Assembly: GCA_963668675.2 (NCBI GenBank)
Contig: CAXXMB010000001.1
Location: forward strand, 256,001 to 320,000
Reading direction: 5' to 3'
Length of the DNA: 64,000 bases
Source: an uncultured Desulfatitalea sp.
GTDB lineage: Bacteria > Desulfobacterota > Desulfobacteria > Desulfobacterales > Desulfosarcinaceae
Each line of letters starts with the position of its first letter. The first letter of the stretch is position 1. Below, piece by piece: positions 39,322-49,372 of this stretch. Position numbers and translations under genes: made by a program. The notes under the pieces were generated by a model. The model ran no database searches, was not told the DNA's origin, and was given only the letters and a program-made list of their open reading frames with translations.

Positions 39322-40401
39322 TCAAGAGGCTCTCTGGTTCAAATGCTCGAGCAATGAGCCGAGGGCAGCGACCGGCTTGAGATTGGAGAGCGCCCGGCGA
39401 AGTTGGATGCTCTCCTGGTACTCCTCCTTGTCCATCAGCAACTCCTCCTTGCGGGTGCCCGACTGCTTGATGTCGATGGCCGGCCAGAGTCGCTGCTCGG
39501 CGCAATCCCTGTTCAATACGAGATCCATGTTGCCGGTGCCTTTGAACTCCTGGTAGATGATGTCGTCCATGCGGCTGCCGGTTTCAATCAGGATGGTAGC
39601 CACGATGGTCAGTGACCCACCGCCTTCAATTTTTCGGGCGGCACCGAACACCTGCCTGGGGATCTCCAGCGCATTGGCGGCCAGTCCGCCGGTCATGGTG
39701 CGGCCGTGGCTCCGGGTCTCGGTATTAAATGCGCGTGCCATGCGGGTGAGCGAATCGATAAAGACCACCGTGTCCTGCCCCGCTTCTGCACACCGTATGG
39801 CGCAGTGGATGGACAGGCGGGTCATGCGCATGTGCTGGGCAATGCTCTGGTCCGCGGAGGATGCAAGCACGTGCGCGCCTTTTATGCCTCTCTTGAAATC
39901 GGTCACCTCTTCGGGCCTCTCATCCACCAGGAGGACAAACACAGTGGCATCGGAGTAGCCGTCCGTAACGGCGTTGGCCATGTGCTGAAGGATGGTGGTT
40001 TTGCCTGTTTTGGGTGGGGCGATGATCAGGCCCCGTTGCCCACGCCCGATGGGGACGATGCGGTCGAGCGCCTTGCCCATGAGATCCTTTTCACTGCGTG
40101 CCATGACAAAGCGTTGGGTGGGGCTGATACTTGTCTGCTGCTGCAGGGGCAGGGTTTCGGCATAGGCTTCAATGGAGCGGCCGTTGATGGTGTCGATGCT
40201 GCTGAGTTTCAAGTTGGTGTTCTTGCCACTGCCTTTTACACCTGCACCCTCCACATAAATTCCCTCGCGCAGTTTGTACTGCGCGATCAATTGGGCCGGC
40301 ACGAAGGTGTCGGACGGCGTCGGCCGAAAATTGTCTTCGATGCGGCGTAAAAATCCAAAGCCTTTGTCCAGAATTTCAAGATGACCTTTGACGCTATTCA
40401 A
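39322..40401 (-). CDS. rho: Short transcription termination factor Rho (probable second copy)
   Basis: GFGFL, PIGRGQRGLIIAPPKTGKT, DERPEEVTD, DSLTR, EFKGTGNM and SGTRKEELL; TTG start with SD AAAGGA. Confidence 0.92.
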   Translation of the reverse strand: MNSVKGHLEILDKGFGFLRRIEDNFRPTPSDTFVPAQLIAQYKLREGIYVEGAGVKGSGKNTNLKLSSIDTINGRSIEAYAETLPLQQQTSISPTQRFVMARSEKDLMGKALDRIVPIGRGQRGLIIAPPKTGKTTILQHMANAVTDGYSDATVFVLLVDERPEEVTDFKRGIKGAHVLASSADQSIAQHMRMTRLSIHCAIRCAEAGQDTVVFIDSLTRMARAFNTETRSHGRTMTGGLAANALEIPRQVFGAARKIEGGGSLTIVATILIETGSRMDDIIYQEFKGTGNMDLVLNRDCAEQRLWPAIDIKQSGTRKEELLMDKEEYQESIQLRRALSNLKPVAALGSLLEHLNQRAS

Positions 40402-40471
40402 AATAGTCCTTTCAAGATGGGCAGCAGATTTTTTGTGGAGGAGCGCTTGTCCAGTTGTTTAATTTGACGTT

Positions 40472-40771
40472 TCAGCTTCGTTTGTTGAGGGTGCGCAGCA
40501 GGGTGCTCTGCTCGCCTCTCTCCAGATCTTCGAGTGCAAAGGTGAGGGCCAGTTCCAGCAGGGCCGATTTGTTTTCGATCGGTGCGCCGGCCAGCTTCAT
40601 CTGGTGGAAGTGGCGGTTGAAGCGCTCCAAAAGGGATTCCGTAAGGTAAAAACCGGCTTTGCGTTTGGGCGCAGGCGGCGCTGAAGGTGGAAAACGGGTT
40701 GCTGTGGCCACCGGATCGGGTCCGTGCTCTTCAAAAAAATCGGGGTGCTTGTTTCGCTCGGATGCCGTCAT
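40472..40771 (-). CDS. Small ParA-partner protein, ribbon-helix-helix-like
   Basis: Disordered Pro-rich N-terminus, then KAGFYL strand, helix, NKSALLELAL helix; overlaps the parA 3' end. Confidence 0.65.
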   Translation of the reverse strand: MTASERNKHPDFFEEHGPDPVATATRFPPSAPPAPKRKAGFYLTESLLERFNRHFHQMKLAGAPIENKSALLELALTFALEDLERGEQSTLLRTLNKRS

Positions 40772-41525
40772 CGATAAGCCTCCTGGTCAGTTTGTCATAA
40801 TCCTGGGCGCCTATGGCGCGGTTGTCATATTCGAATATGGTTTGACCGGCCGAAGGGGCCTCGGACAGTCTCACGTTGTGACGGATCGGATGGCAGATCT
40901 GCCGGGTAAAGAAACGTTTCAGTTTGCGGTAGAGTTCGAAACTCTGCCGGGTGCGCCGGTCGAAGAGCGTCGGCAGAATGTATTTCAGGCCAAGATCGCT
41001 GTTCAGTTTCTGGGCCGAGACGAGATAACCGAAAAAGGTCTTGAGCCCTTCTATCGCCGGCCCCTGCAACGCTACGGGGCAGAGCACCTCGCTGGTGGCC
41101 ATGAGAATGTTGACGCTGAGAATGTCCCAGCCCGGCGCGCAGTCGAAGATGAGGAAGTCGAGGCTGTTGCCTTTGGGGACCAGTGTTTGGCTCAGCAGAG
41201 CGTGGCGATGCTCCCGGGGCTGCTCACCCAGCCAGTTTTTGAGCTCCACCAGCTTGATGCCGCCGGAGAGTATCCAGAGGTTTTCGCGGGCCTGGTGAAT
41301 GGTCTCCATCTTTTTCAGGGGCTGGCCCTGTTCGTCACGCCCGGTGACAAACTCATAGAGACCGTACCTTGGGGTCACTCCCAGAAATTTGGCCACCTGA
41401 TCCTGGGTGTCGCAATCGACCAGCAGTACCCGCTGCCCTTGAAGGGCCAAGGAGTGGGCAAGGTTGACGGCTGTGGTGGTCTTGCCGACACCGCCCTTGG
41501 CCATGGCCACGGCAATTTTTCGCAT
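40731..41525 (-). CDS. ParA/Soj family ATPase (second, orphan copy)
   Basis: Deviant Walker A KGGVGKTT, D.DTQ, DCAP and NVRLSEAPS.G. Confidence 0.9.
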   Translation of the reverse strand: MRKIAVAMAKGGVGKTTTAVNLAHSLALQGQRVLLVDCDTQDQVAKFLGVTPRYGLYEFVTGRDEQGQPLKKMETIHQARENLWILSGGIKLVELKNWLGEQPREHRHALLSQTLVPKGNSLDFLIFDCAPGWDILSVNILMATSEVLCPVALQGPAIEGLKTFFGYLVSAQKLNSDLGLKYILPTLFDRRTRQSFELYRKLKRFFTRQICHPIRHNVRLSEAPSAGQTIFEYDNRAIGAQDYDKLTRRLIDDGIRAKQAPRFF

Positions 41526-41559
41526 CGCCGGAATCTTTCTTTGGAATAATGTACGAATA

Positions 41560-41615
41560 TACGAACAGTAGAAAATTACTGTTCATACAGTATTCTGCAG
41601 TCGCCAAAAAAGCAA
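41560..41615 (-). promoter_or_regulatory. Promoter with overlapping ACAGTA/TACTGT operator-like array
   Basis: TTGCTT-17-TACTGT on the minus strand; palindromes GAACAGTA-N6-TACTGTTC and TACTGT-N4-ACAGTA. Confidence 0.55.
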
Positions 41616-41686
41616 GCTATTTTTGACAATTCGCGTTTGCGGATGAGCGGGCGGGTTCAGCGGGTGGTCTGGGTCTCACGCCTTTT

Positions 41687-42703
41687 TCAATCGTCAACCA
41701 ATACCGCTTTCAACCGTTTCAATTCGGCTTCGGCGTCGGCAACCATTTCATCAATGATCGCTTTGAGCGGCTTGATATCCTCCACCAGGCCCACGGACTG
41801 GCCGGCCATGAGCGACCCTTTGGTGATTTCTCCGTCCACCACGGCCTGCCTGAGGGCGCCCACCCAGAAGCGTTCGACCTCGTACTGGGCCTCCTCGCGG
41901 TCCATGGTGTGGTTCTCCAATTTGTAGAGCAGTTCGAGTTGCAATTTGCCGAATTCGACAGTGCCTTCGTTTTTCAAGGCGCGTACCGGTATGACCGGCA
42001 GGCGGCCGTCGAACTGGGGGGTGGCGACGGCGTCTTTGGCTTTGGCCTTTTTAAAGGTTTCCTTGAAGTTGGGATGCGCGGTACACTCTTCGGACATGAC
42101 GAAACGGGTGCCCATCTGGATGCCGGCAGCACCCATCATCAGCAGGTGAGCCATCATTCGCCCGGTGGCGATACCGCCGGCGATGAAGATCGGTACGCTG
42201 TCCACGTTGAAGAGGATCTGCTGAATCAGAACCGACAGGGCGATGGGGCCGATGTGTCCGCCGGCTTCTGAGCCTTCGAGCATCAGGGCGTCTGCTCCGC
42301 GCTCGATCAGCATCATGGCCAGGGGCGCCGTTGAGGCGAAACAGATCACTTTTGCGCCGCCCTCTTTGGCCTGTTGTATCTCCCTCTTTTTGGGAATGCC
42401 GCCCGCAAAGACGATGAACCGGCATCCCAACTCACATGCCAGATTCAGATGGTCGCGGTAGGCGGGCGCCAGTGTGATGACGTTAATGCCGAAGGGATGG
42501 GGCGTTAACTCACGGGTCTGCTTGATCTGTTTGCGAAACTCATCCACCGGCATGTTCCCGGCGGCCAGGAGTCCGAAGCCGCCCGCATTGCCGATGGCGC
42601 TGACCAGGTTGGGGTCGCTGACCCATGTCATGGCGCCACACAGGATAGGGTATTGGCTCCCCAGAAAGGAGCGGCCTTTTTCGAGAAAGCGATCGATTAA
42701 CAT
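41687..42703 (-). CDS. Nitronate monooxygenase / FabK-like FMN oxidoreductase
   Basis: PFGIN, EG.EAGGHIG, AGGIATG, QMGTRF and MAGQSVGL. Confidence 0.88.
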   Translation of the reverse strand: MLIDRFLEKGRSFLGSQYPILCGAMTWVSDPNLVSAIGNAGGFGLLAAGNMPVDEFRKQIKQTRELTPHPFGINVITLAPAYRDHLNLACELGCRFIVFAGGIPKKREIQQAKEGGAKVICFASTAPLAMMLIERGADALMLEGSEAGGHIGPIALSVLIQQILFNVDSVPIFIAGGIATGRMMAHLLMMGAAGIQMGTRFVMSEECTAHPNFKETFKKAKAKDAVATPQFDGRLPVIPVRALKNEGTVEFGKLQLELLYKLENHTMDREEAQYEVERFWVGALRQAVVDGEITKGSLMAGQSVGLVEDIKPLKAIIDEMVADAEAELKRLKAVLVDD

Positions 42704-42870
42704 CTGATTCGGGCCTCCTATACCGTTTTTAAGGTAAGACAGGCAGGCTTCTTTGCGGAGCGCTCTTGAGACTGCCCGAAGTATGCTTTAATAGTAGTGC
42801 AGTTTTACGTTCGGCGTCGAATGGGCTCAAACCGGCCGAGCTGATATGAAGAGATAATGGATATTGTGCG

Positions 42871-43098
42871 ATGAACGCGATGACAAGCATCATTGAAAAT
42901 GTTTTGGTAATGGTCCTGACCATCGTGACCCTGGTGGGCGGTTTCTATCTGCTGCTTTTGGTCCTCAATGCGTGGCTGAAGATCAAATCCGGGTCACGAG
43001 AACATGAGGGCCTCTCCAATCTATGGGCGTCAGCGATGAAAGAGACCAAAAAGAGCTCCGACGATGCAGAGGGCCCGCCAAACGATAGGCGACTATAG
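42871..43098 (+). CDS. Small hypothetical single-pass membrane protein
   Basis: Long hydrophobic stretch followed by a charged tail; fills an intergenic gap. Confidence 0.5.
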   Translation: MNAMTSIIENVLVMVLTIVTLVGGFYLLLLVLNAWLKIKSGSREHEGLSNLWASAMKETKKSSDDAEGPPNDRRL

Positions 43099-43285
43099 GC
43101 ATCGCCGATACGATGTCAATTTTTGCGGTCGACACAATGTTGTGACAATGCTGCCACCGGCTAAGTGATTTCGTATTTCGGGCGCTGCAACGCCTTGACA
43201 TCGATATACAACTGGCTTAGATAGCATGCGCCGGTTAGAACCGATATACCGGGAAAGTGTGATTTCCCCATTGCCGGAGAGGATC

Positions 43286-43864
43286 ATGAGCCCTATGTTG
43301 CGCCGTGGTTCAGCCCTGACACGCGTCGTGTTCGGTACCGCACTATCGATTACCCTGCTGACCGGATGGTGGACCGTCAGCCACACATCAGCGGCCAATC
43401 CGCTGGTTGAGCCGCTGCCCGGTCAAGCCAGTCGCTCGTCTGTCAAATCGGCGGTGCATCTCTATTTCGGTGATGCCCAGGGGCGCTATCTGGTTGCAGA
43501 GCAGCGCATCGTTGATAAACCTGTGGGTGGGGCAGCCTTTGCTGCGCAATTGATAGGGGATTTGATCGGGGGGCCCACCCAGGGGGCGACCCGGACGCTG
43601 CCAGTCGAGGCCAGGCTGGATGCTATCTATGTCACCGCGGCCGGTGTCGCCTATGTCGATTTTGCGGCAAATTCGTTTTTCAGTCACCCTGGCGGGATTG
43701 GGGCTGAATTGTTGTCCATTTACTCCATCGTCAACACACTGGTGCTCAATGTGGATGGGATACGATCTGTTAAATTCTTGATCGGCGGGAGGGAGGCGGC
43801 CACCTTGGCGGGCCATGCAGACTTGCAAGCCCCCTTCGAGGTCGACATGCTGTGGGTGCGATGA
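43286..43864 (+). CDS. GerMN domain protein
   Basis: [28 protein letters not shown] and TLAGH; SD GGAGAGG; TTGACA-17-TAGATA at 43195-43223. Confidence 0.85.
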   Translation: MSPMLRRGSALTRVVFGTALSITLLTGWWTVSHTSAANPLVEPLPGQASRSSVKSAVHLYFGDAQGRYLVAEQRIVDKPVGGAAFAAQLIGDLIGGPTQGATRTLPVEARLDAIYVTAAGVAYVDFAANSFFSHPGGIGAELLSIYSIVNTLVLNVDGIRSVKFLIGGREAATLAGHADLQAPFEVDMLWVR

Positions 43865-45894
43865 CCAAATCAATTAAAATACAAGATTATCGAAATATCG
43901 GCATTATTGCGCACATCGATGCCGGCAAGACGACCGTCACTGAACGAATTCTATACTATACGGGTCGTTCGCATAAATTGGGAGAGGTTCACGATGGCGA
44001 GGCGGTGATGGATTGGATGCCCGATGAGCAGGAGCGCGGCATCACCATCACATCGGCGGTGACCACCTGCCCGTGGATGGGAAAAGATATTCATATCATC
44101 GACACACCGGGGCATGTCGATTTCACCATCGAGGTCGAACGGTCGCTGCGCGTGCTGGACGGGGCGGTCGGCGTTTTTTGTGCTGTCGGGGGCGTCGAGC
44201 CCCAATCGGAGACCGTTTGGCGGCAGGCGGACAAATACCGGGTTCCCAAACTGGCTTTCGTCAACAAACTGGACCGCATCGGCGCCGATTTTTTCAATAC
44301 CGTCGAGATGATGAAGACACGCCTCGGTGCCAATCCGCTGGTAATTCAGTTGCCTTATGGGACGGAAGACAAACTGGTGGGCATCATCGACCTGATTCGA
44401 ATGAAGGCGGTGGTGTGGGACGACGACACTCTGGGGGCCACCTTGCGGGATGAGGAGATTCCCGAAGATCAGATGCCCGAGGCCCTTCAATATCGCGAAG
44501 CCCTTCTGGAGACGGTTGCCGAGGTGGATGACGATATTATGGAGTCATACCTGGCCGAGGCGCCCATCGACAACGGTGTCTTGGTGGCTGCCATACGCAA
44601 AGCCACTATTGCGCTTAAGCTGGTGCCGGTGCTGTGTGGCAGCGCCCTGAAGAACAAGGGGATTCAACCGCTTCTGGATGCCATTGTGGCCTATCTGCCG
44701 AGCCCGGTCGATCTTCCCCCCATGCAAGGGGTTCACCCCGACACCGGAGAGGTCATCGCCTGCCCGCCCGAAGAGAACAAACCCCTGGCGGCCCTTATTT
44801 TTAAAGTGGCCATGATGGAGGGGCGCAAGATGAGCTTTGCGCGGGTTTACAGTGGGCGTCTGGAGGCCGGAAAAGAGGTCTACAACCCTTTCCGCAAGAA
44901 GAAGGAGAAGTTGTCCAGGTTGCTTCGCATGCATGCCAACAAGAGGGAAAGGCTCGACGTGGCTGGCGCCGGAAGCATTGTCGGCGTCGTGGGACTCAAG
45001 GACTCTTCCACAGGTGAAACCCTTTGCAGCCCCGACAAACCGGTCCTGCTTGAAAATATCGATATCTATGAGCCGGTGATCTCCATGGCAGTGGAACCAA
45101 AAACCCACTCCGATCTGGAGAAGCTCAAAGAGGTGCTTGTCAAGTTCACAGATGAGGATCCGACCCTGCAGGTGAATGAGGACCAGGAGACCGGCCAGAT
45201 GATTCTTTCCGGTATGGGGGAGCTGCATCTGGAGGTGATCATCAGCCGCATGCAAAGAGAGTTCAATACCAATGTCAACGTTGGCAAGCCCCAGGTTGTC
45301 TACCGTGAAAGCATTTCGGACTCGGCTGAGGGTGCCTCTGTGTTTGACAAGGAGGTGTCCGGCCAGCGGCATTACGGCGAGGTGCGCCTCAAGCTCTCTC
45401 CTCTGGAAAGGGGGGCTGGGAATCGTTTTGTCAACAAGATAGACGAAAGGGTTATCCCCATCGACTATTTCCCGGCCATCGAACAGGGTGTCATGGAGAG
45501 CTTGGAGAGTGGTACGGTAATGGGCTATCCGGTTGTGGATGTCGAGGTGCGGTTGGTGGGCGGTACCTACAAGGAGAGCCAGGGGTCTGAGTTGGCTTAC
45601 AAGGTGAGCGCGGCAATGGCCTGCAAAGAGGCTTTGGCAGCAGGTAACGGGTATCTGCTGGATCCCTTCATGAGGGTGGAGGTATTTGTGCCCGAAGAGT
45701 TCATGGGGGATGTGATCGGCGATCTGAGCGCACGTTCAGGGAAGGTCGAATCGATCGAGCCCAAAGTGGGGGTACAAGAGATCCGGGCAACGGTACCACT
45801 GGCGAGAATGTTCGGCTACTCGACCGTCCTGCGGTCAGCCACTCAAGGGCGCGGCACCTTCAGTATGCACTTTTCACACTTTGACAAAGCGTAA
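43861..45894 (+). CDS. fusA: Elongation factor G paralog outside the str operon
   Basis: [34 protein letters not shown] and LRSATQGRG. Confidence 0.95.
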   Translation: MTKSIKIQDYRNIGIIAHIDAGKTTVTERILYYTGRSHKLGEVHDGEAVMDWMPDEQERGITITSAVTTCPWMGKDIHIIDTPGHVDFTIEVERSLRVLDGAVGVFCAVGGVEPQSETVWRQADKYRVPKLAFVNKLDRIGADFFNTVEMMKTRLGANPLVIQLPYGTEDKLVGIIDLIRMKAVVWDDDTLGATLRDEEIPEDQMPEALQYREALLETVAEVDDDIMESYLAEAPIDNGVLVAAIRKATIALKLVPVLCGSALKNKGIQPLLDAIVAYLPSPVDLPPMQGVHPDTGEVIACPPEENKPLAALIFKVAMMEGRKMSFARVYSGRLEAGKEVYNPFRKKKEKLSRLLRMHANKRERLDVAGAGSIVGVVGLKDSSTGETLCSPDKPVLLENIDIYEPVISMAVEPKTHSDLEKLKEVLVKFTDEDPTLQVNEDQETGQMILSGMGELHLEVIISRMQREFNTNVNVGKPQVVYRESISDSAEGASVFDKEVSGQRHYGEVRLKLSPLERGAGNRFVNKIDERVIPIDYFPAIEQGVMESLESGTVMGYPVVDVEVRLVGGTYKESQGSELAYKVSAAMACKEALAAGNGYLLDPFMRVEVFVPEEFMGDVIGDLSARSGKVESIEPKVGVQEIRATVPLARMFGYSTVLRSATQGRGTFSMHFSHFDKA

Positions 45895-45964
45895 TTTTTT
45901 CAAATTCGGCTTTGATGGGGTTAAGACGACCACCCGTTTCCTTTAAATTGGCTTGTGCAGGAAC

Positions 45965-47422
45965 CTATTCGGTCTGCTCCTTCGGCGGCAACTTGCCAAT
46001 GCTTTTGAGTGCCTGGTTGATCTCTTCGAGCTTTTTGGGGTCTTTCAAGCCCTTTTGGGCGCGCATGAGGTGATAGTAGGCGGTGCGGTCATCACCCTTT
46101 TTGAAATGGTAGAGGCCGAGAAAGAAGTGGGCCTCAGGAATGCGCCCCAGTTTTCCATATGCCTCTCCGATTGCGAGATAGGCCTTTGTGAACGCGTGGT
46201 GCCCCTCGATCAGGCTTTCAAGCGTATCGGCGGCCGATTCAAACTCTTCCAACTCCATGTAAGTGCGCCCCAGGTAGTATAACCCTTCGGCGTTCGCCCC
46301 GGGCAGCGATGCGGCCCCCTGCAGTATCTTCAAGGCCTCCTTCATGTTGCCGTCCAGGAAGTAGACGCGTCCCAGATCACTCAACACCGAAGGGTCCAGT
46401 GCGTCCCGGGTCAGTGCATCCTGCAGGTAGCCAATGGCCTCTTTGCGATTTCCGAGGCGCGCCAGCAGCAGGCCGTAACCGTGGGTCAGGTCGGGGTCGG
46501 CCGGATTCTTCTTCAGGCCTGTCTCGAAGAACCGGGCAGCGTCTTTGGGGTCTGCGTAGAGCGCACGCAAGCGGTTCTGTATGCGGACGAATGGCTTCGA
46601 CGGATTTTCGGTTTTAAGGTGCTTCCGGTCCGAATCGGTTTTGGAGCCCAGCCAGGCGTCGATGTATGCGATGCGCTCCTCCACCGCCGGATGGGTCATC
46701 ATATAGGTAGGGATCTGATTGGTGCCGAACCACTGGCGGCTGCGGATTTTTTTAAGGATGACCAGCAGCCCTTCGGCTGAGTAGCCGGCCTGCTCTATAT
46801 AGTCCAGCCCGAACTGGTCGGCCTGCCTCTCATCGTCCCTGCTGTATGCCAGTTGCAGCGTTTGGCTGGCTGCCATCGATCCGAGGGTCAGCGCCTGGGC
46901 CGCTTCGGCAGAGCCGCCCGCCACCCCAAGAAAGACGCCGGCCACCACTCCGGCCATGGTGGCCAGATCGATCTTTTTGGATCGGTCGATGCGTTGGGAG
47001 ATGTGGCGGCACACCACATGGGAGATCTCGTGCGCCAATATGCCTGCCAACTCATCTTCATCCGCCATGGCCAGCAGTAGGCCGCTGTTGACGAAGATAT
47101 ATCCCGCCGGTATCGCAAAGGCGTTGTAGACGTTCTCCTTGATGACGAAGAAGCGATAATCGAATGGCTGCGATGGGATTTGCGACAGAATCTTTTGTCC
47201 TGTCTCATTGATATAGGATATAATCAGAGGATCATCGATAATCTCGTAGTAGCGGTTGACATAGCGCATGAACTCCTCGCGCAGCTCCTTCTCCTCTTTG
47301 ATCGAGATGGCCGGGGAGGGTGTGCACCATACCAGCACCAATAAGAGGGCGAGCACGATGCGGGCGGGCTTTGAAGACATTTTGGAGACAATTGACATGT
47401 TTGTAACTAGTTCACTTTTCAA
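45965..47422 (-). CDS. M48 family Zn metalloprotease with TPR repeats (BepA-like; start uncertain)
   Basis: NAFA.PAG, AHEISH, YSRDDERQAD, THP and C-terminal TPRs. Confidence 0.9.
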   Translation of the reverse strand: MKSELVTNMSIVSKMSSKPARIVLALLLVLVWCTPSPAISIKEEKELREEFMRYVNRYYEIIDDPLIISYINETGQKILSQIPSQPFDYRFFVIKENVYNAFAIPAGYIFVNSGLLLAMADEDELAGILAHEISHVVCRHISQRIDRSKKIDLATMAGVVAGVFLGVAGGSAEAAQALTLGSMAASQTLQLAYSRDDERQADQFGLDYIEQAGYSAEGLLVILKKIRSRQWFGTNQIPTYMMTHPAVEERIAYIDAWLGSKTDSDRKHLKTENPSKPFVRIQNRLRALYADPKDAARFFETGLKKNPADPDLTHGYGLLLARLGNRKEAIGYLQDALTRDALDPSVLSDLGRVYFLDGNMKEALKILQGAASLPGANAEGLYYLGRTYMELEEFESAADTLESLIEGHHAFTKAYLAIGEAYGKLGRIPEAHFFLGLYHFKKGDDRTAYYHLMRAQKGLKDPKKLEEINQALKSIGKLPPKEQTE

Positions 47423-47489
47423 ATAAAGGTCATCATGTCACATTCTTGACTGCTTTTCAAATCACATCTTTTATGGTAGTGTCCCGCCG

Positions 47490-48260
47490 ATGGCACAAAT
47501 AATATGCATAGCCAACCAGAAGGGTGGTGTGGGTAAGACCACAACAGCGGTCAACCTGTCCGCCGCACTGGCCATTTTCGAAAAGCGGACCTTGCTGGTC
47601 GATTGCGATCCACAAGCCAATGCGACCACTGGCATCGGGCTCGACAAGAGCCAACTGGGCCAAACCCTCTACCATGGCATGATCGGCGCATGCGGTGCCG
47701 GTGAGTTGATCGTCGACTCGCAGGTAGATGCGCTCAAAGTGTTGCCATCCCGGGTCGAGCTGATCGGTTTTGACGTGGAGATGATGTCCGAATTAAACCG
47801 GGAGACCGCTCTCAAACGATTGTTGGCACCGGTCCAATCTGATTTCGACTACATTATTGTCGACTGTCCTCCATCGCTGAGCCTGTTGACGGTCAATGCC
47901 ATGACAGCGGCAGATGCGCTTTTGATACCGTTGCAGTGCGAATTTTATGCGCTTGAAGGGTTGAGCCAACTGATTCAGACGTTTCAGCGCATCCGACGCA
48001 GTTTAAATCCCTACTTGAAAATTTCCGGTATCCTGCTGACCATGTTTGATAAACGGACGAATTTGTCTCACCAGGTGGCCGAAGATGCGGAGGCCCATTT
48101 CAAGGCGCTGGTGTATAAGACCATCATTCCACGCAATGTGCGGTTGGGTGAGTCTCCAAGTTTTGGCAAACCCATTCTCCTATATGATGCGGCCTCGGTC
48201 GGATCACAGAGCTACTTTTCGTTGGCCCGGGAGATCATGACGAGGCCCCTCGCCAATTAG
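47490..48260 (+). CDS. parA: Chromosome partitioning ATPase ParA/Soj
   Basis: NQKGGVGKTT, DPQANAT, DCPPSL, QCEFYALEG and PRNVRL.E.PSFG. Confidence 0.95.
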   Translation: MAQIICIANQKGGVGKTTTAVNLSAALAIFEKRTLLVDCDPQANATTGIGLDKSQLGQTLYHGMIGACGAGELIVDSQVDALKVLPSRVELIGFDVEMMSELNRETALKRLLAPVQSDFDYIIVDCPPSLSLLTVNAMTAADALLIPLQCEFYALEGLSQLIQTFQRIRRSLNPYLKISGILLTMFDKRTNLSHQVAEDAEAHFKALVYKTIIPRNVRLGESPSFGKPILLYDAASVGSQSYFSLAREIMTRPLAN

Positions 48261-48354
48261 CGGCGATTTTGAATGCGACCGGATCACGGGATCGGAAATC
48301 GGTTTTCGGTCAGGCCGATCTGGCTTGCTTTAGTGGTTTAAACGAGGAAGAAAA

Positions 48355-49266
48355 ATGGCAAGTACAGGGAGTACGGGCGGTTCAGGGTCGAAGAAGAGGA
48401 AGAAGATGGCGCTGGGCAGAGGCCTGGACGCATTGATACCTGGCGGGGAACCGGTTTTTGAGGCCCGGACCGGCGGGGATCAGCAGGGCTACCTCGATTG
48501 TGAGATCGAGATCATTCAGCCCAACCGCTACCAACCACGATCACGCTTCGCAGCCGACGAGCTGGCCCAACTGAGTACGTCCATCCGGGAGCAGGGGGTG
48601 CTGCAGCCCCTGCTGGTGCGCCCCATCGATGCAGGATACGAGCTGGTGGCCGGTGAAAGACGGCTTCGTGCAGCCAAAATGGCCGGATTGACCAGGGTGC
48701 CGGTGGTGGTCAAGACGGTAACGGATGCAGAAATGCTGGAGATGTCCATCGTCGAGAATATCCAGCGTGAAAACCTCAATCCCATGGAAGAGGCCGATGC
48801 CTACCATCGGCTCATCTCCGACTTCGGGCTCACCCAGGAGAAGGCCGCCACCCGGGTGGGCAAGAGCCGTTCGGCCGTGGCCAATTTTTTGCGTCTACGC
48901 CAGCTTCCGGAGCCGATCAAGGCGAGCATCACCGAGGGGCAGTTGAGCATGGGGCATGCGCGTGCGCTCCTCGGGGCCGAAACCCCGACCCAACAAAATG
49001 CTGCCTGGAGAGCGATCCTGCGCAAAGGGTTGTCAGTGCGGCAGACCGAGGAGTTGGTCAAACGGCTGCGAAGTGCTTCGGAGACGATTGAGCGGAAAAA
49101 GAGCACCTCGGAAGACCGACATCTCAACTCAGTTGCCGAATCGCTGGCGCAACGGTTCGGTACCAAAGTGCAGATCAAACGCCGCGGGAAAAAGGGGCGG
49201 TTGGAGATCGAGTTTTACAGCACCGAAGATTTGAATCGGCTTTTGGAGATTTTTCAGGCGCTCTGA
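48355..49266 (+). CDS. parB: Chromosome partitioning protein ParB/Spo0J
   Basis: LGRGLDALI, QPR, AGERR, ENIQRENL, HTH GKSRSAVAN and GHARAL. Confidence 0.95.
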   Translation: MASTGSTGGSGSKKRKKMALGRGLDALIPGGEPVFEARTGGDQQGYLDCEIEIIQPNRYQPRSRFAADELAQLSTSIREQGVLQPLLVRPIDAGYELVAGERRLRAAKMAGLTRVPVVVKTVTDAEMLEMSIVENIQRENLNPMEEADAYHRLISDFGLTQEKAATRVGKSRSAVANFLRLRQLPEPIKASITEGQLSMGHARALLGAETPTQQNAAWRAILRKGLSVRQTEELVKRLRSASETIERKKSTSEDRHLNSVAESLAQRFGTKVQIKRRGKKGRLEIEFYSTEDLNRLLEIFQAL

Positions 49267-49372
49267 TCGTCCACCTTCAGACAGGCCGCTTTCCTCGATA
49301 CTGGGTCGCCTGCCCATGGCGCAGTGAAAGGGGTGTGCCGGGCGGCCCTCGCCACTTGAACATTCAATTCCT

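Noticed and set aside
41577..41592. LexA SOS box
   Set aside because: CTGT-N4-ACAG spacing does not fit the E. coli-type CTGT-N8-ACAG.
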